DNA of 64,000 nt from Bacteroidia bacterium (GTDB taxonomy: Bacteria; Bacteroidota; Bacteroidia; UBA8524): the NCBI GenBank assembly GCA_965222995.1, contig OZ244977.1, forward strand, positions 1,033,083 to 1,097,082, written 5' to 3'. A program made the position numbers and the translations under genes. How positions within the stretch are numbered: position 1 is the first letter of the stretch; every line of letters begins with the position of its first letter. Below, piece after piece: positions 22,523 through 31,772 of the stretch. The notes under the pieces were generated by a model. It was given only the letters and a program-made list of their open reading frames with translations. It was not told where the DNA came from and made no database searches.

Positions 22523-23413
22523 ATGAAAAAGCTACTTATAATAGTATTGGTTGGTTTTGCTTCTCTTACACTAACAGCGCAACCCCCAAAAGCCATACAA
22601 GACATTATTGATAATGTTGAGGAGATAAATAATGCAATAGGCGATTCTATTAGAGAGTACGACACCGCTTTTAAACGTCCTGCTAAAATTGATATTTGGA
22701 TACATGACAATCAGATAAAGAAAATAATAGTTGACCAATTGCTACCCTATGCCAATAGCCTTACCTATTATTATTTTAAGTATAGCTCTTTGGTTTATGT
22801 GAAGCATACTTTTCTTTCAGAAGAATACCACAAGAAAGAAATAAAGGAGTATGGTTTTGCCGGTACTGATTCAGTAGTTGTACAAGAAGGTTATTTTGAA
22901 TATGATGAACTACTTAGTAAAGACTATTTAATTTTTGAAGGAGATGATACCTTGTTCTGGGGGGTGGAAATGCAAAAGCAGGGATATACACTTTTTGATA
23001 AATATCGAAAACACCTTGACTATAATCCTTACAAGACTTTAGAGTATGATAGTGTTGTAGCATACGATTTTAGGGGTGAGGGAGGAGGTTCTATTACTGA
23101 CGGGAAAGGAAGGTTAGACAAAACAGCTAAAAACGGAACTACATTTTCTCAAGCACAAATAGATAGTCTTATAACTACGGTTGTAGATACTTCTTCTTAT
23201 GGTGGATTTAGTGCCGCTTGCTTCGACCCGCACATGGGCATTGTGTTCTACAATGAAGGTAAAGTAGTAAGTAAAATAGATGTATGTTTTGAGTGTAACT
23301 ATTTAGTGAGTAGTGAAACATTGCATGCTCCCCGATATCATACAAATAGAAGCTTTGGTGATGATTATATGATAACGACTCCAAAGTATGGTTTTTCTTA
23401 TGAGGGAAGATAA
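22523..23413 (+). CDS. hypothetical secreted protein (296 aa)
   Basis: Signal peptide MKKLLIIVLVGFASLTLTAQ. The ORF starts 6 nt after the UbiA gene. Confidence 0.5.
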   Translation: MKKLLIIVLVGFASLTLTAQPPKAIQDIIDNVEEINNAIGDSIREYDTAFKRPAKIDIWIHDNQIKKIIVDQLLPYANSLTYYYFKYSSLVYVKHTFLSEEYHKKEIKEYGFAGTDSVVVQEGYFEYDELLSKDYLIFEGDDTLFWGVEMQKQGYTLFDKYRKHLDYNPYKTLEYDSVVAYDFRGEGGGSITDGKGRLDKTAKNGTTFSQAQIDSLITTVVDTSSYGGFSAACFDPHMGIVFYNEGKVVSKIDVCFECNYLVSSETLHAPRYHTNRSFGDDYMITTPKYGFSYEGR

Positions 23414-23496
23414 AAGCTAAAGCAACTTCATAAAAGTTTAGGGCTCAAAATCAAACCTCTTGAAGGAAGTGTTTTTGATACTCCACCCGACAAAGA

Positions 23497-24792
23497 TTAA
23501 TCCCTGTTTAAAATAGCTTTGGCGTAGTTCTCCCAGCTTAATACTTCTGCTGTTTTGGCTATATTTTCTCTTGGGATGGGGTTTTCAATAAAGCGTTCCA
23601 TTTGTGCTGCCATGCTTTCTATATCTTCTGCTTCAGCTAAGTAGCCGTTAAAACCATCTTTTATCGTTTCAGGGAAGTGTCCCACTTTGGTAGCTAATAC
23701 AGGTACATTAAAGTTATACGATAAGCTCTCAACTCCAGATGGGGTTGCAGTTAGGTAATACAACAATACCACATCACTCACCTGCCAGTATTTGCTTACT
23801 TCTTCATTAGGTACAAAACGATTTACAATTGTGGTAATATCTTGCAGGTTTAACTCATCTACCAAGTCTATCGGGCGGTATTCTTGCTCATTATCGCTGT
23901 TTTTAAGGAAAAGTGATTTTGCAAATTTGAATAGACCTTGCTTAATACGAGTACCTAATTTCTTGTTATTAAGTGTATTCCAAAAAGATTCTCCTACAAT
24001 CAACATACTCACGTCATCGCGCTTATCGGCAACCTTTTTAAAGGCTTTAATAGCATTATGTAACCCCTTGTATTTACGGATAAACCCAAAGTAAAGAAAC
24101 ACATATTTCTTTAAACCCAGTTCTTTCTTAACACCTTCAATATCAAAATTTGGGTCGGGTTGGTAGAGGTCGTAAATAGGGTGGTATAGCTTTATGACAG
24201 TACTTGTGTTGTCTTTTGCTCGTTCACCCGTTTCATTAACTGTAATCTTTAATTCAGGTAAAGTAGTTTTAAGCTCATCAACGGTTTTATAGGCGTGGGT
24301 AAGGTAGGTATTGGCTTTTTTCAAGCCATAGCGACTAAAAAACTTATCTATACTACTACTTTCTTTTTGCACTACTAAGTGGCAATCGAAAATTACTTCA
24401 ATATCAGTTTTTAGTAGTTTACGAGCCATCCAGCCCATAGGCAAACCTTGCAAAGCTATAGCCCACTGAAAAATTACCATATCGGGGCTAAGACTTTTTA
24501 TCAGCTTTACAGTAGCCGCCCAACTAAATGGATTATTGTAATTGGTAATATAAGTAACCTTAATATTGGTACCTTCCAAATGGTCGCTTTTACTGCTACG
24601 GTCAATAAAATCGCGTGGAATAATAGCCGGGTATTGCTGTGTCCACGATACAATATGCACTTCTACCCCCAGCTTGTCTAAGGCCTTGGCTAATGATGTA
24701 TTATAATTACTTATTCCGCCCTTAAACTGAGGACCCGGCCCAAAAAGAACTGCTTTAGTCAATGTTTTCTGTTTTAGTAGTGTCAGAATCAA
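23497..24792 (-). CDS. glycosyltransferase family 1/4 (GT-B)
   Basis: C-terminal GT1-like region (…FVPNEEVSKYWQVSDVVLLY…E-x7-E-like…). 431 aa. Confidence 0.65.
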   Translation of the reverse strand: MILTLLKQKTLTKAVLFGPGPQFKGGISNYNTSLAKALDKLGVEVHIVSWTQQYPAIIPRDFIDRSSKSDHLEGTNIKVTYITNYNNPFSWAATVKLIKSLSPDMVIFQWAIALQGLPMGWMARKLLKTDIEVIFDCHLVVQKESSSIDKFFSRYGLKKANTYLTHAYKTVDELKTTLPELKITVNETGERAKDNTSTVIKLYHPIYDLYQPDPNFDIEGVKKELGLKKYVFLYFGFIRKYKGLHNAIKAFKKVADKRDDVSMLIVGESFWNTLNNKKLGTRIKQGLFKFAKSLFLKNSDNEQEYRPIDLVDELNLQDITTIVNRFVPNEEVSKYWQVSDVVLLYYLTATPSGVESLSYNFNVPVLATKVGHFPETIKDGFNGYLAEAEDIESMAAQMERFIENPIPRENIAKTAEVLSWENYAKAILNRD

Positions 24793-25204
24793 TAACAGGT
24801 TGAGTACAATCCTCCAAAATAGCTGTCCACTCTTTTATAGCAGTATTATACTTTTCTAAAGTGGCCTTAAAGTCTTTTAAGGTTTGTGTTGCAGTTTCAC
24901 TTTTCACTTCTCCATTATCAAACTTGTCTTTCCAGTCTTCAAAGGCTTTTCCTGCCACATTCCAGTTATTCATTTCAGTTTTATAGGTTTCTTTCAACTG
25001 TTTACAGTCATCACTTAAAAGGCTATCATTAGTTAGCTGCTGTCCCATTTGTAAGCCCCAATTGTTCAATATCTCATTTGTAGCTGCCCAGTCTCTTTCA
25101 AAACCACCAATTTCGGCTTTTATAGCTCTGGTTTTTTCGTCTTTGGGTTTGCAGGCTGCAAAGGCTATTAGTAGTGAAAATAAAATCAGAAATCCTTTTT
25201 TCAT
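24755..25204 (-). CDS. hypothetical lipoprotein
   Basis: Signal peptide with lipobox LIAFAAC. 149 aa. The 3' end overlaps the GT1 ORF start by about 38 nt. Confidence 0.5.
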   Translation of the reverse strand: MKKGFLILFSLLIAFAACKPKDEKTRAIKAEIGGFERDWAATNEILNNWGLQMGQQLTNDSLLSDDCKQLKETYKTEMNNWNVAGKAFEDWKDKFDNGEVKSETATQTLKDFKATLEKYNTAIKEWTAILEDCTQPVIDSDTTKTENID

Positions 25205-25286
25205 GGTATCTCAACTTTGCTTCAAAAGTAGGGTAGAGCAATTAAGGGTGCAAACATGTTTTACAAAGCTTATTTTCGCACTGATT

Positions 25287-25706
25287 ATGACGAACGAAAA
25301 AATAAACTCTAGCAAAGCCCCTGAACCTGTGGGCTTATATCCCCATGCCCGTAGAGTGGGTAATTTATTATTTCTTTCAGGAGTGGGGCCACGCGAGCGT
25401 GGGACTAAGAAAATACCCGGTGTAGAGTTAGATGATAATGGAAATATAACCAGTTACGATATTGCTAAGCAATGCCACAGTGTGTTTCAAAATGTACGTT
25501 ATGTATTAGAAGATGCAGGGAGCAGCTGGGATAAAATTGTAGATGTAACCGTTTTTCTTACTAATATGAAAGATGACTTTAAAACCTACAATGCATTATA
25601 TGCAGAGTACTTTAAAGACAATTTGCCTTGCCGTACTACTTTAGAGATTAACTGCCTGCCTACACCTATTGCCATTGAGTTAAAGGTGATTGCTACAATT
25701 GATTAG
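25287..25706 (+). CDS. RidA/YjgF family reactive-intermediate deaminase
   Basis: The track ORF starts at 25062 but overlaps the upstream gene. The internal ATG at 25287 gives a 139-aa RidA-like protein (…PVGLYPHARRVGNLLFLSG…, C-terminal …TTLEINCLP…). Confidence 0.75.
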   Translation: MTNEKINSSKAPEPVGLYPHARRVGNLLFLSGVGPRERGTKKIPGVELDDNGNITSYDIAKQCHSVFQNVRYVLEDAGSSWDKIVDVTVFLTNMKDDFKTYNALYAEYFKDNLPCRTTLEINCLPTPIAIELKVIATID

Positions 25707-25775
25707 TTTCCCGGTTAGTTACCCAGGATTTGATTTTGCATTAATGCCTAAGATTCCGAAACAAGTTCGGGATGA

Positions 25776-26912
25776 CTAAGAATAGATATTTTTCTTAAAG
25801 AAGTTTTGCCCCGGAAAGGTAATGAGCATAGCCTCCAATAATTTTAAAAAACGGAAAGAAGCCCAATAAATAAATAATTTTATTGGGTTTACTTTTAGGT
25901 TTAAGTTTGGGTCTTGGCTTTGTACACTTTCTGAGTTTATAAGCGTTTGCAGGTGCTCACGGAACTCCTTGGAAAATTCCTCATCAAGTACATTAATATT
26001 AAACTCTACACTAGCATAAGCACTTAAATAGTTTAGATTGTAAGAACCTACTGTACACCATTTACCGTCTACGCAAGCCACTTTAGCATGAAGAATGCTT
26101 GGCTTCCACTCATATACTTCAATATTATTACGCAATAAATACCTGTATAGATAGTGCATGGCGTTTTTTGCCATAGGAACATCAGATATACCCGGGAGTA
26201 ACATTTTTATTTTTACTCCCCGTTGCGAAGCATCTTTAAGTAATCTCCTAAAATAGCCGCCGGGCAAAAAGTAACTATTGGCTATTATAATTTCTTCTTT
26301 GGCTTCTTTTATCGCTTTTGCATAAGACTGAGCTATTTGGTTTTTACTCCTTAACCAATCGTTTTGGCGAAGCTGTATAGACATTTGTTTGTCATCGTCA
26401 TCATACTCGTTAAAAAGAGGATAATTTTTTTTATGCCTTCTGAACCATTGTGCATATACTTGCCTGCATACTCTCACAACATGCTGCCCCACATCTCCTT
26501 TGACTAGTATGGCAAAATCAAACCAAGCCCAGTCGAAACCATGGCCTGAATAGCGGTTAGATATATTAATACCTCCAACAAGAGTGATGTGCCTATCTAC
26601 CACTACAATTTTGTGGTGTAACCTCCTGCCCCAAGCAAAGTTTCCCCGCTTGCCTAGTCTGCCAAAAAAACGTAGTTGTATACCCGTTTGGCGAACTTCT
26701 TTTTTGAAAGTCTTATCCAGGTCTTTGGAGCCGTACGCATCTAAAACCATATATACAGTAACGCCTCTTTTTGATGCCGCTATTAAGGCATCAACTATTC
26801 GGCTACCTGTTTCGTCGTTTTCTAAAGAATAAGTTTGTAGGTGAATTTCATATTCAGCAGCATTTATTATTTCTTCCAAACGGTTGAAATAATCCATACC
26901 ACTATGCACCAA
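25776..26912 (-). CDS. phospholipase D-family protein (two HKD motifs; cardiolipin-synthase-like)
   Basis: HKD motifs HHKIVVVD… and HAKVACVDGKWCTVGSYNLN. 378 aa. Confidence 0.75.
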   Translation of the reverse strand: MVHSGMDYFNRLEEIINAAEYEIHLQTYSLENDETGSRIVDALIAASKRGVTVYMVLDAYGSKDLDKTFKKEVRQTGIQLRFFGRLGKRGNFAWGRRLHHKIVVVDRHITLVGGINISNRYSGHGFDWAWFDFAILVKGDVGQHVVRVCRQVYAQWFRRHKKNYPLFNEYDDDDKQMSIQLRQNDWLRSKNQIAQSYAKAIKEAKEEIIIANSYFLPGGYFRRLLKDASQRGVKIKMLLPGISDVPMAKNAMHYLYRYLLRNNIEVYEWKPSILHAKVACVDGKWCTVGSYNLNYLSAYASVEFNINVLDEEFSKEFREHLQTLINSESVQSQDPNLNLKVNPIKLFIYWASFRFLKLLEAMLITFPGQNFFKKNIYS

Positions 26913-26989
26913 CTGTATATCATTAGCATGATATACTTCACCTTTAGCTTTATATGGTGATGAATTTTCGATAGTGGTTTAAGGTTAGC

Positions 26990-27766
26990 CTACTTGCCTT
27001 TAAAATCAGGTTTACGTTTTTCTACAAAGGCAGCCATACCTTCTTTTTGGTCTTCGGTAGCAAATAACATGTAGAAGTTTTTACGTTCAAAGTATAAACC
27101 TTCTGTAAGGTTACTTTCGAAAGACTTTAAAACACTTTCTTTTGCCATTTGTACTGCTATGGGCGATTGCCTTGCAATGTCTTTAGCTAGTTTTACAGCT
27201 TCTTGTAAGTAAACCTCAACAGGAACTACGCGATTGATTAAACCAGCCTGTAAAGCTTGCTCTGCACTAATAAAGTTACCCGTTAATACCATTTCCATGG
27301 CTAAAGCTTTACCTACTGCACGGGGCAAACGCTGTGTTCCGCCGGCACCGGGCATTACACCTATTTTTATTTCTGGCTGACCAAATTGTGCTGTTTCTGA
27401 TGCAATCACCATATCACAATGCATCACCAACTCACAACCGCCACCTAATGCAAAGCCGGAAACCGCTGCTATAATAGGCTTCTTGGTACGCTTAATTTGG
27501 TCCCAAGTACTAAACTGGTCTATCTTAAGCATATCAACAGCGCCCTTTCCACTCATTTGCTTAATATCAGCCCCTGCTGCAAAAGCACGCTCGTTTCCTG
27601 TAATTATAATAGCACGTACGTTGTCATCCTCATCCAGTTCTTTCAGCGCATCACGCACCTCCAGCATCAATTGTAAATTAAGAGCGTTTAGCTCTTTAGG
27701 GCGATTAAGGCGGATTAAGGCAATGTGTTTATCAAACTGGGGTTCTACTATTATAAATTCGTTCAT
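26990..27766 (-). CDS. enoyl-CoA hydratase/isomerase (crotonase family)
   Basis: Crotonase fold signatures (…AFAAGADI…, …GGGCELVMHCD…). 258 aa. Confidence 0.85.
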   Translation of the reverse strand: MNEFIIVEPQFDKHIALIRLNRPKELNALNLQLMLEVRDALKELDEDDNVRAIIITGNERAFAAGADIKQMSGKGAVDMLKIDQFSTWDQIKRTKKPIIAAVSGFALGGGCELVMHCDMVIASETAQFGQPEIKIGVMPGAGGTQRLPRAVGKALAMEMVLTGNFISAEQALQAGLINRVVPVEVYLQEAVKLAKDIARQSPIAVQMAKESVLKSFESNLTEGLYFERKNFYMLFATEDQKEGMAAFVEKRKPDFKGK

Positions 27767-27805
27767 GATGGTTAGTAGTTGTTGGTTTTTTGTTGTTAGT
27801 TATTT

Positions 27806-27840
27806 GTTACAGATGTCTGATGTCAGATATTTGATGTCGC
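27806..27840. promoter_or_regulatory. three GATGTC (GACATC on minus) repeats upstream of the crotonase gene
   Basis: The sequence aGATGTCtGATGTCaGATatttGATGTCg lies 46-72 nt upstream of the minus-strand ATG at 27766. Confidence 0.25.
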
Positions 27841-27865
27841 GTTTGAATTCTTAAATCAAAAATCT

Positions 27866-28606
27866 TTAGTGGCTGTTTACCAGCAAATTTAATAGACCTA
27901 CAAAAATACCTATAATTATTGCTGTTAATTTCATGCGATTAAATCGGTGGTTCTCACTACTCTCAAACAATATGGTGGTAGAGATATGCAAGAAAGAGCC
28001 GATAACAATAGCTAGTATATTGTGCAGTGACTCTTCTGTAAACGTACTGTACTGGTTAATAATATTACTTACCAATGCGCCTAATAAAGACATTGAAGCA
28101 TACAATACCATCAGTGGTATAACCACCTTGTTTTTTAGCTTATTGGCACGTAATACACTTACCAAAACAAAAGCCGCAGGAACTTCGTGCAAGGCAATAC
28201 CTACTATCATACTAGTACCTAAACCCGAACTATGATATGCCCCTGCACCTATTGGCATTCCTTCAATAAAACTATGTATGCTTAGTGCAGCTATTAAAGA
28301 TATAGGTATACGATAGGCTTGCTTTTTCTCATCAGCATGGTAATGTCCATGGTCTGCACCTCTGGTATAAAAGTCTAAGAATATTTGCAATAAGAAACCG
28401 CCAAGTACATAAATACCTGCATCGCTATGTCCATGACCGCCAAAAACATGGGGCATTAATACCAAAATTGATAACGACAGTAGAAATGAGCCACTAAAAG
28501 CCAAAAGTAGTTTGGTAAAAGATTCTTTCCCTCTGTTTAAGAAAAAGCCAAGCACACCTCCTACAAAAGGAGCAGCAAATAATAATATGTACCAAAAAAT
28601 ACTCAA
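27866..28606 (-). CDS. ZIP-family metal cation transporter
   Basis: Multi-TM protein with His-rich motifs (HGHSD, DHGHYHADE) and a HEVPAAF-like motif typical of ZIP/ZupT. Confidence 0.7.
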   Translation of the reverse strand: MSIFWYILLFAAPFVGGVLGFFLNRGKESFTKLLLAFSGSFLLSLSILVLMPHVFGGHGHSDAGIYVLGGFLLQIFLDFYTRGADHGHYHADEKKQAYRIPISLIAALSIHSFIEGMPIGAGAYHSSGLGTSMIVGIALHEVPAAFVLVSVLRANKLKNKVVIPLMVLYASMSLLGALVSNIINQYSTFTEESLHNILAIVIGSFLHISTTILFESSENHRFNRMKLTAIIIGIFVGLLNLLVNSH

Positions 28607-29175
28607 GCGCTAAGTTGTTTAGTACTTTTTTGTAAGCCCAGGTAGGTAAGCCATGCTAATAAGCAGCCTACTATTGCACCGGTAAGTACATCTAACGGGT
28701 AGTGTTTGCCCACATATACTTGTGCGTAGCTTATGGCAGCAGCCCAAAAAAGCAGGGCAAAGGTAACCCAACGGAAACGTTTTTTTAGCAATAAGCTAAA
28801 TAGCAATGCTAAAGCAAAATGGTTGGTAGCATGTGCTGAGAAATACCCATACATACCGCCACAACCTACACGCTCAACCATTTTATCTTTAAGGGCTTCT
28901 TCTTGGCAAGGGCGTAAACGTTTTACGGTGTGTTTAGTAGTATCCGTAATTAAAGAATCACCCACTACTACAAGCAAGGCAGTGAACACTAAAATTATCC
29001 CCGCATTTTTAAGCCCATACATTTTATAGAAACCAAACAGAATAAGGAGGTATAGTGGTATCCAAGTAAACTTATTTCTAAGTATAGGCATTAGCCAGTC
29101 GAAAAAAGCGTTTCCCCATTCTTTATTAATAAGAAGGAAAGTATCAGTATCCCATTGTAATAGTTGTTCTAGCAA
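28603..29175 (-). CDS. PAP2-family phosphatase
   Basis: KxxxxxxRP (KHTVKRLRP), SAHA (PSGH-like) and a late His region. 190 aa. It overlaps the ZIP start by 4 nt. Confidence 0.65.
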   Translation of the reverse strand: MLEQLLQWDTDTFLLINKEWGNAFFDWLMPILRNKFTWIPLYLLILFGFYKMYGLKNAGIILVFTALLVVVGDSLITDTTKHTVKRLRPCQEEALKDKMVERVGCGGMYGYFSAHATNHFALALLFSLLLKKRFRWVTFALLFWAAAISYAQVYVGKHYPLDVLTGAIVGCLLAWLTYLGLQKSTKQLSA

Positions 29176-29915
29176 GAGGCTTCGGTTTTTTGTACAACGA
29201 ATATAATACGGTCTGAAGTGTTCTCGTCAAAGCTATCTAAGTCATAGCTCCCAAAAACTTCTTTAATCTCAAAATCTGTATCGGCAAACATCTGCTCAAA
29301 TTGTTTTTTGGTAATGGCTTCTACTTTCTCTGTATAGCTTCTTGGGGTGTGGGTGTTTTTGCTAATAAACTCTATAGTTTTTAAAATTCTGTTGTTTTCT
29401 ACCTTTTTGGTGATATGGAAATCAATACCATCAATAGTTTTGGTTTCTTTTGGGACCAGTTCCTTAAGTACTTTAGTGGCGTTGAAAAAATCCAGTACAA
29501 AACGACCGTTGGGTTTCATAGCCTTGCAAATGTTTTGCAAAGCAACCAAATCATCCTCATCCTTTTCAAAATAGCCAAAGCTTGTAAAAAGGTTTAAGGC
29601 AATATCGTACTTGTACTCAGCAAAGGGTTGGCGCATATCTGCCACCTCAAAGTGTAAAGTATTGGTTTCATGCTTTTTTGCTTCGCTAATACTATTAGGG
29701 CTAATATCTATACCGGTAACGTTATATCCTTTTTTGTTTAGATAGATGCTGTGCCTGCCTTTTCCACAAGCCACATCTAAAAAATGAGCATTTGGTTCGG
29801 GGGCAAGGTAATCCACCAGCCTATCTATAAAAACACCAGCCTCATTATAGTCTCTGTTTTTATATAGTATGTGATAATATTTGGTGTTGAACCAATCTTT
29901 AAACCACTCTCCCAT
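29169..29915 (-). CDS. class I SAM-dependent methyltransferase
   Basis: Motif I LDVACGKGRHS. 248 aa. It overlaps the PAP2 start by 7 nt. Confidence 0.7.
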   Translation of the reverse strand: MGEWFKDWFNTKYYHILYKNRDYNEAGVFIDRLVDYLAPEPNAHFLDVACGKGRHSIYLNKKGYNVTGIDISPNSISEAKKHETNTLHFEVADMRQPFAEYKYDIALNLFTSFGYFEKDEDDLVALQNICKAMKPNGRFVLDFFNATKVLKELVPKETKTIDGIDFHITKKVENNRILKTIEFISKNTHTPRSYTEKVEAITKKQFEQMFADTDFEIKEVFGSYDLDSFDENTSDRIIFVVQKTEASC

Positions 29916-30039
29916 GTGGCAAATTTATGATTAGTAAATGGGCATGCTAAATTTTTTTTGTTTCAGTTTTAAACCTTTTGGTTTTGGTGTAGTCAAACTA
30001 CCAAACACACACAGAAATAAATTATTAATCATATATAAA

Positions 30040-30453
30040 ATGAATGCCATGAAGAAATTAGCAGTATTAGCATTAGTAGCTCTATTTAGTATGAGCGCTT
30101 TTGCACAAGAGAAAACAAAGAAGACTCCGGAAGAAAGAGCAACAAAGCTTACCGAAAAAATGACTAAAAAGTTAAACTTAACTGCTGACCAAGTAGCCAA
30201 AGTGAAACAAATAAACTTAGACGCAGCAACTAAGAAAGATGCTTTACGAGGAGAAGCCAAAGGAAAGCGTAAAGAAATGAAAGAAAAAGTTAAAGCTATT
30301 GAAACCGAACGTAGTAGCCAAATAAAACTTGTACTTACGGAGGAGCAAAAGGTTAAATATGCTGAGATGGAGAAAAATGCCAAGAAAAAAATGAGAAAGC
30401 GTAGAGCAAAACGTAAAACCAAAAGACAAGCAGATACAGAGGATGAAGGATAA
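30040..30453 (+). CDS. periplasmic LTXXQ-motif (Spy/CpxP-like) protein
   Basis: Signal peptide then two LTxxQ motifs (LTADQVAKV, LTEEQKVKY) and a basic tail. The start was moved to the internal ATG because the upstream part of the track ORF is non-coding-looking. Confidence 0.55.
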   Translation: MNAMKKLAVLALVALFSMSAFAQEKTKKTPEERATKLTEKMTKKLNLTADQVAKVKQINLDAATKKDALRGEAKGKRKEMKEKVKAIETERSSQIKLVLTEEQKVKYAEMEKNAKKKMRKRRAKRKTKRQADTEDEG

Positions 30454-30484
30454 TTGAGGGATAAATTTTCACAGGAACGAAAAA

Positions 30485-30514
30485 ATAGCAACCATTTTGG
30501 TTGCTATTTTTTTT
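30485..30514 (+). terminator. rho-independent terminator after LTXXQ gene
   Basis: Hairpin atagcaacc/atttt/ggttgctat followed by T7. Confidence 0.65.
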
Positions 30515-30545
30515 GTGCCCTGCACAAGATATTTTTGCGCTACCA

Positions 30546-31763
30546 ATGGATAGGCTTAAGCAATTACAACAAATAGATTTAGAAGAGTATAACTACTCTT
30601 TGCCCGATGAGAGAATAGCAAAATTCCCCTTAGAGCAAAGAGATCAATCTAAGTTATTGTTGTATAAAGAGGGTAAGGTACATCACAAAGCCTTCACTGA
30701 TTTACCAAGCATATTGCCTGAAAAGAGTTTTCTGTTTTTTAATAATACCAAAGTAATACCTGCTCGTTTGCACTTTAGGAAAGCTACAGGGGCTTTGATT
30801 GAGATATTTTTATTGCATCCTGTATTACCTTCTAAAATCACCTCTATTACCATGGCAGCAAAAGGCAAGGCTACTTTTGAGTGCTTGGTAGGAAACCTTA
30901 AAAAATGGAAAAATGATGAGGTTTTAGAAAGAAAACTTCTACTAAATAATGAGGAAGTAACTATTGCAGCTCAGCTTACTGATAAAGAGAAATTACATGT
31001 TAGTTTTACATGGCAGCCTAGTGAACTGACACTTTCTGAATTATTAGAACAAGTAGGGCAAATACCTATACCGCCCTACTTAAACCGAGAAAGTACCGAT
31101 AGTGATAGAGAGACTTACCAAACGGTATATGCTAAAAATGATGGTTCTGTTGCTGCTCCAACGGCAGGTTTACATTTTACAAATAAGGTACTTAATGATT
31201 TAGAGCAAAAGGGTATTGAGAAAGACTTTTTAACACTTCATGTAGGAGCAGGGACTTTCCAGCCTGTGAAAGTGAAAGATTTAAGTACTCACCCCATGCA
31301 CCGTGAGCAGGTAGTATATAGCGTAGAAAATATAGAGAATATTTTGGCTAACATAGATAACATAATACCTGTTGGGACTACCAGTATGCGCAGCTTAGAA
31401 AGTTTGTACTGGTATGGTATGAGATTGCTAACCAATGATAATAAAGAGTTTTTAATAGATAAGTTAGACCCTTATACTGCGGATGAAAACATAAACCCTA
31501 AAGAAAGTATTGAAGCTGTTTTAGCTTTTATGCAAAACAATAAACTAGAGCAGCTAATAGGGGAGACCGAGCTATTAATTGCACCCGGTTATGAATTTAA
31601 AATATGCAAAGGGTTGGTAACTAACTTTCACCAGCCAACCTCTACATTATTATTGCTAGTAGATGCTTTAGTAAAAGGTGATTGGAGAACCATCTATAAT
31701 GAAGCTTTGACTAAAGATTACCGTTTCTTAAGTTACGGTGATAGTAGTTTGTTGTTGGTTTAA
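30546..31763 (+). CDS. queA: S-adenosylmethionine:tRNA ribosyltransferase-isomerase
   Basis: QueA motifs (…PLEQRDQSKLL…, IPIPPYLNRES…ETYQTVYAKNDGSVAAPTAGLHFT). The start was set at the ATG downstream of the terminator. Confidence 0.85.
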   Translation: MDRLKQLQQIDLEEYNYSLPDERIAKFPLEQRDQSKLLLYKEGKVHHKAFTDLPSILPEKSFLFFNNTKVIPARLHFRKATGALIEIFLLHPVLPSKITSITMAAKGKATFECLVGNLKKWKNDEVLERKLLLNNEEVTIAAQLTDKEKLHVSFTWQPSELTLSELLEQVGQIPIPPYLNRESTDSDRETYQTVYAKNDGSVAAPTAGLHFTNKVLNDLEQKGIEKDFLTLHVGAGTFQPVKVKDLSTHPMHREQVVYSVENIENILANIDNIIPVGTTSMRSLESLYWYGMRLLTNDNKEFLIDKLDPYTADENINPKESIEAVLAFMQNNKLEQLIGETELLIAPGYEFKICKGLVTNFHQPTSTLLLLVDALVKGDWRTIYNEALTKDYRFLSYGDSSLLLV

Positions 31764-31772
31764 TGAGATTAA

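Noticed and set aside
25062-25286. Upstream extension of the RidA ORF as given in the six-frame track
   Set aside because: The extension overlaps the 3' end of the convergent lipoprotein gene and is not RidA-like. The internal ATG at 25287 gives a full-length RidA.
29931-30491. 186-aa minus-strand ORF overlapping the LTXXQ periplasmic protein gene
   Set aside because: Its translation is F/L/S-rich low complexity mirroring the K/E-rich sense frame. The sense ORF has a signal peptide and LTxxQ motifs, so the antisense ORF is spurious.
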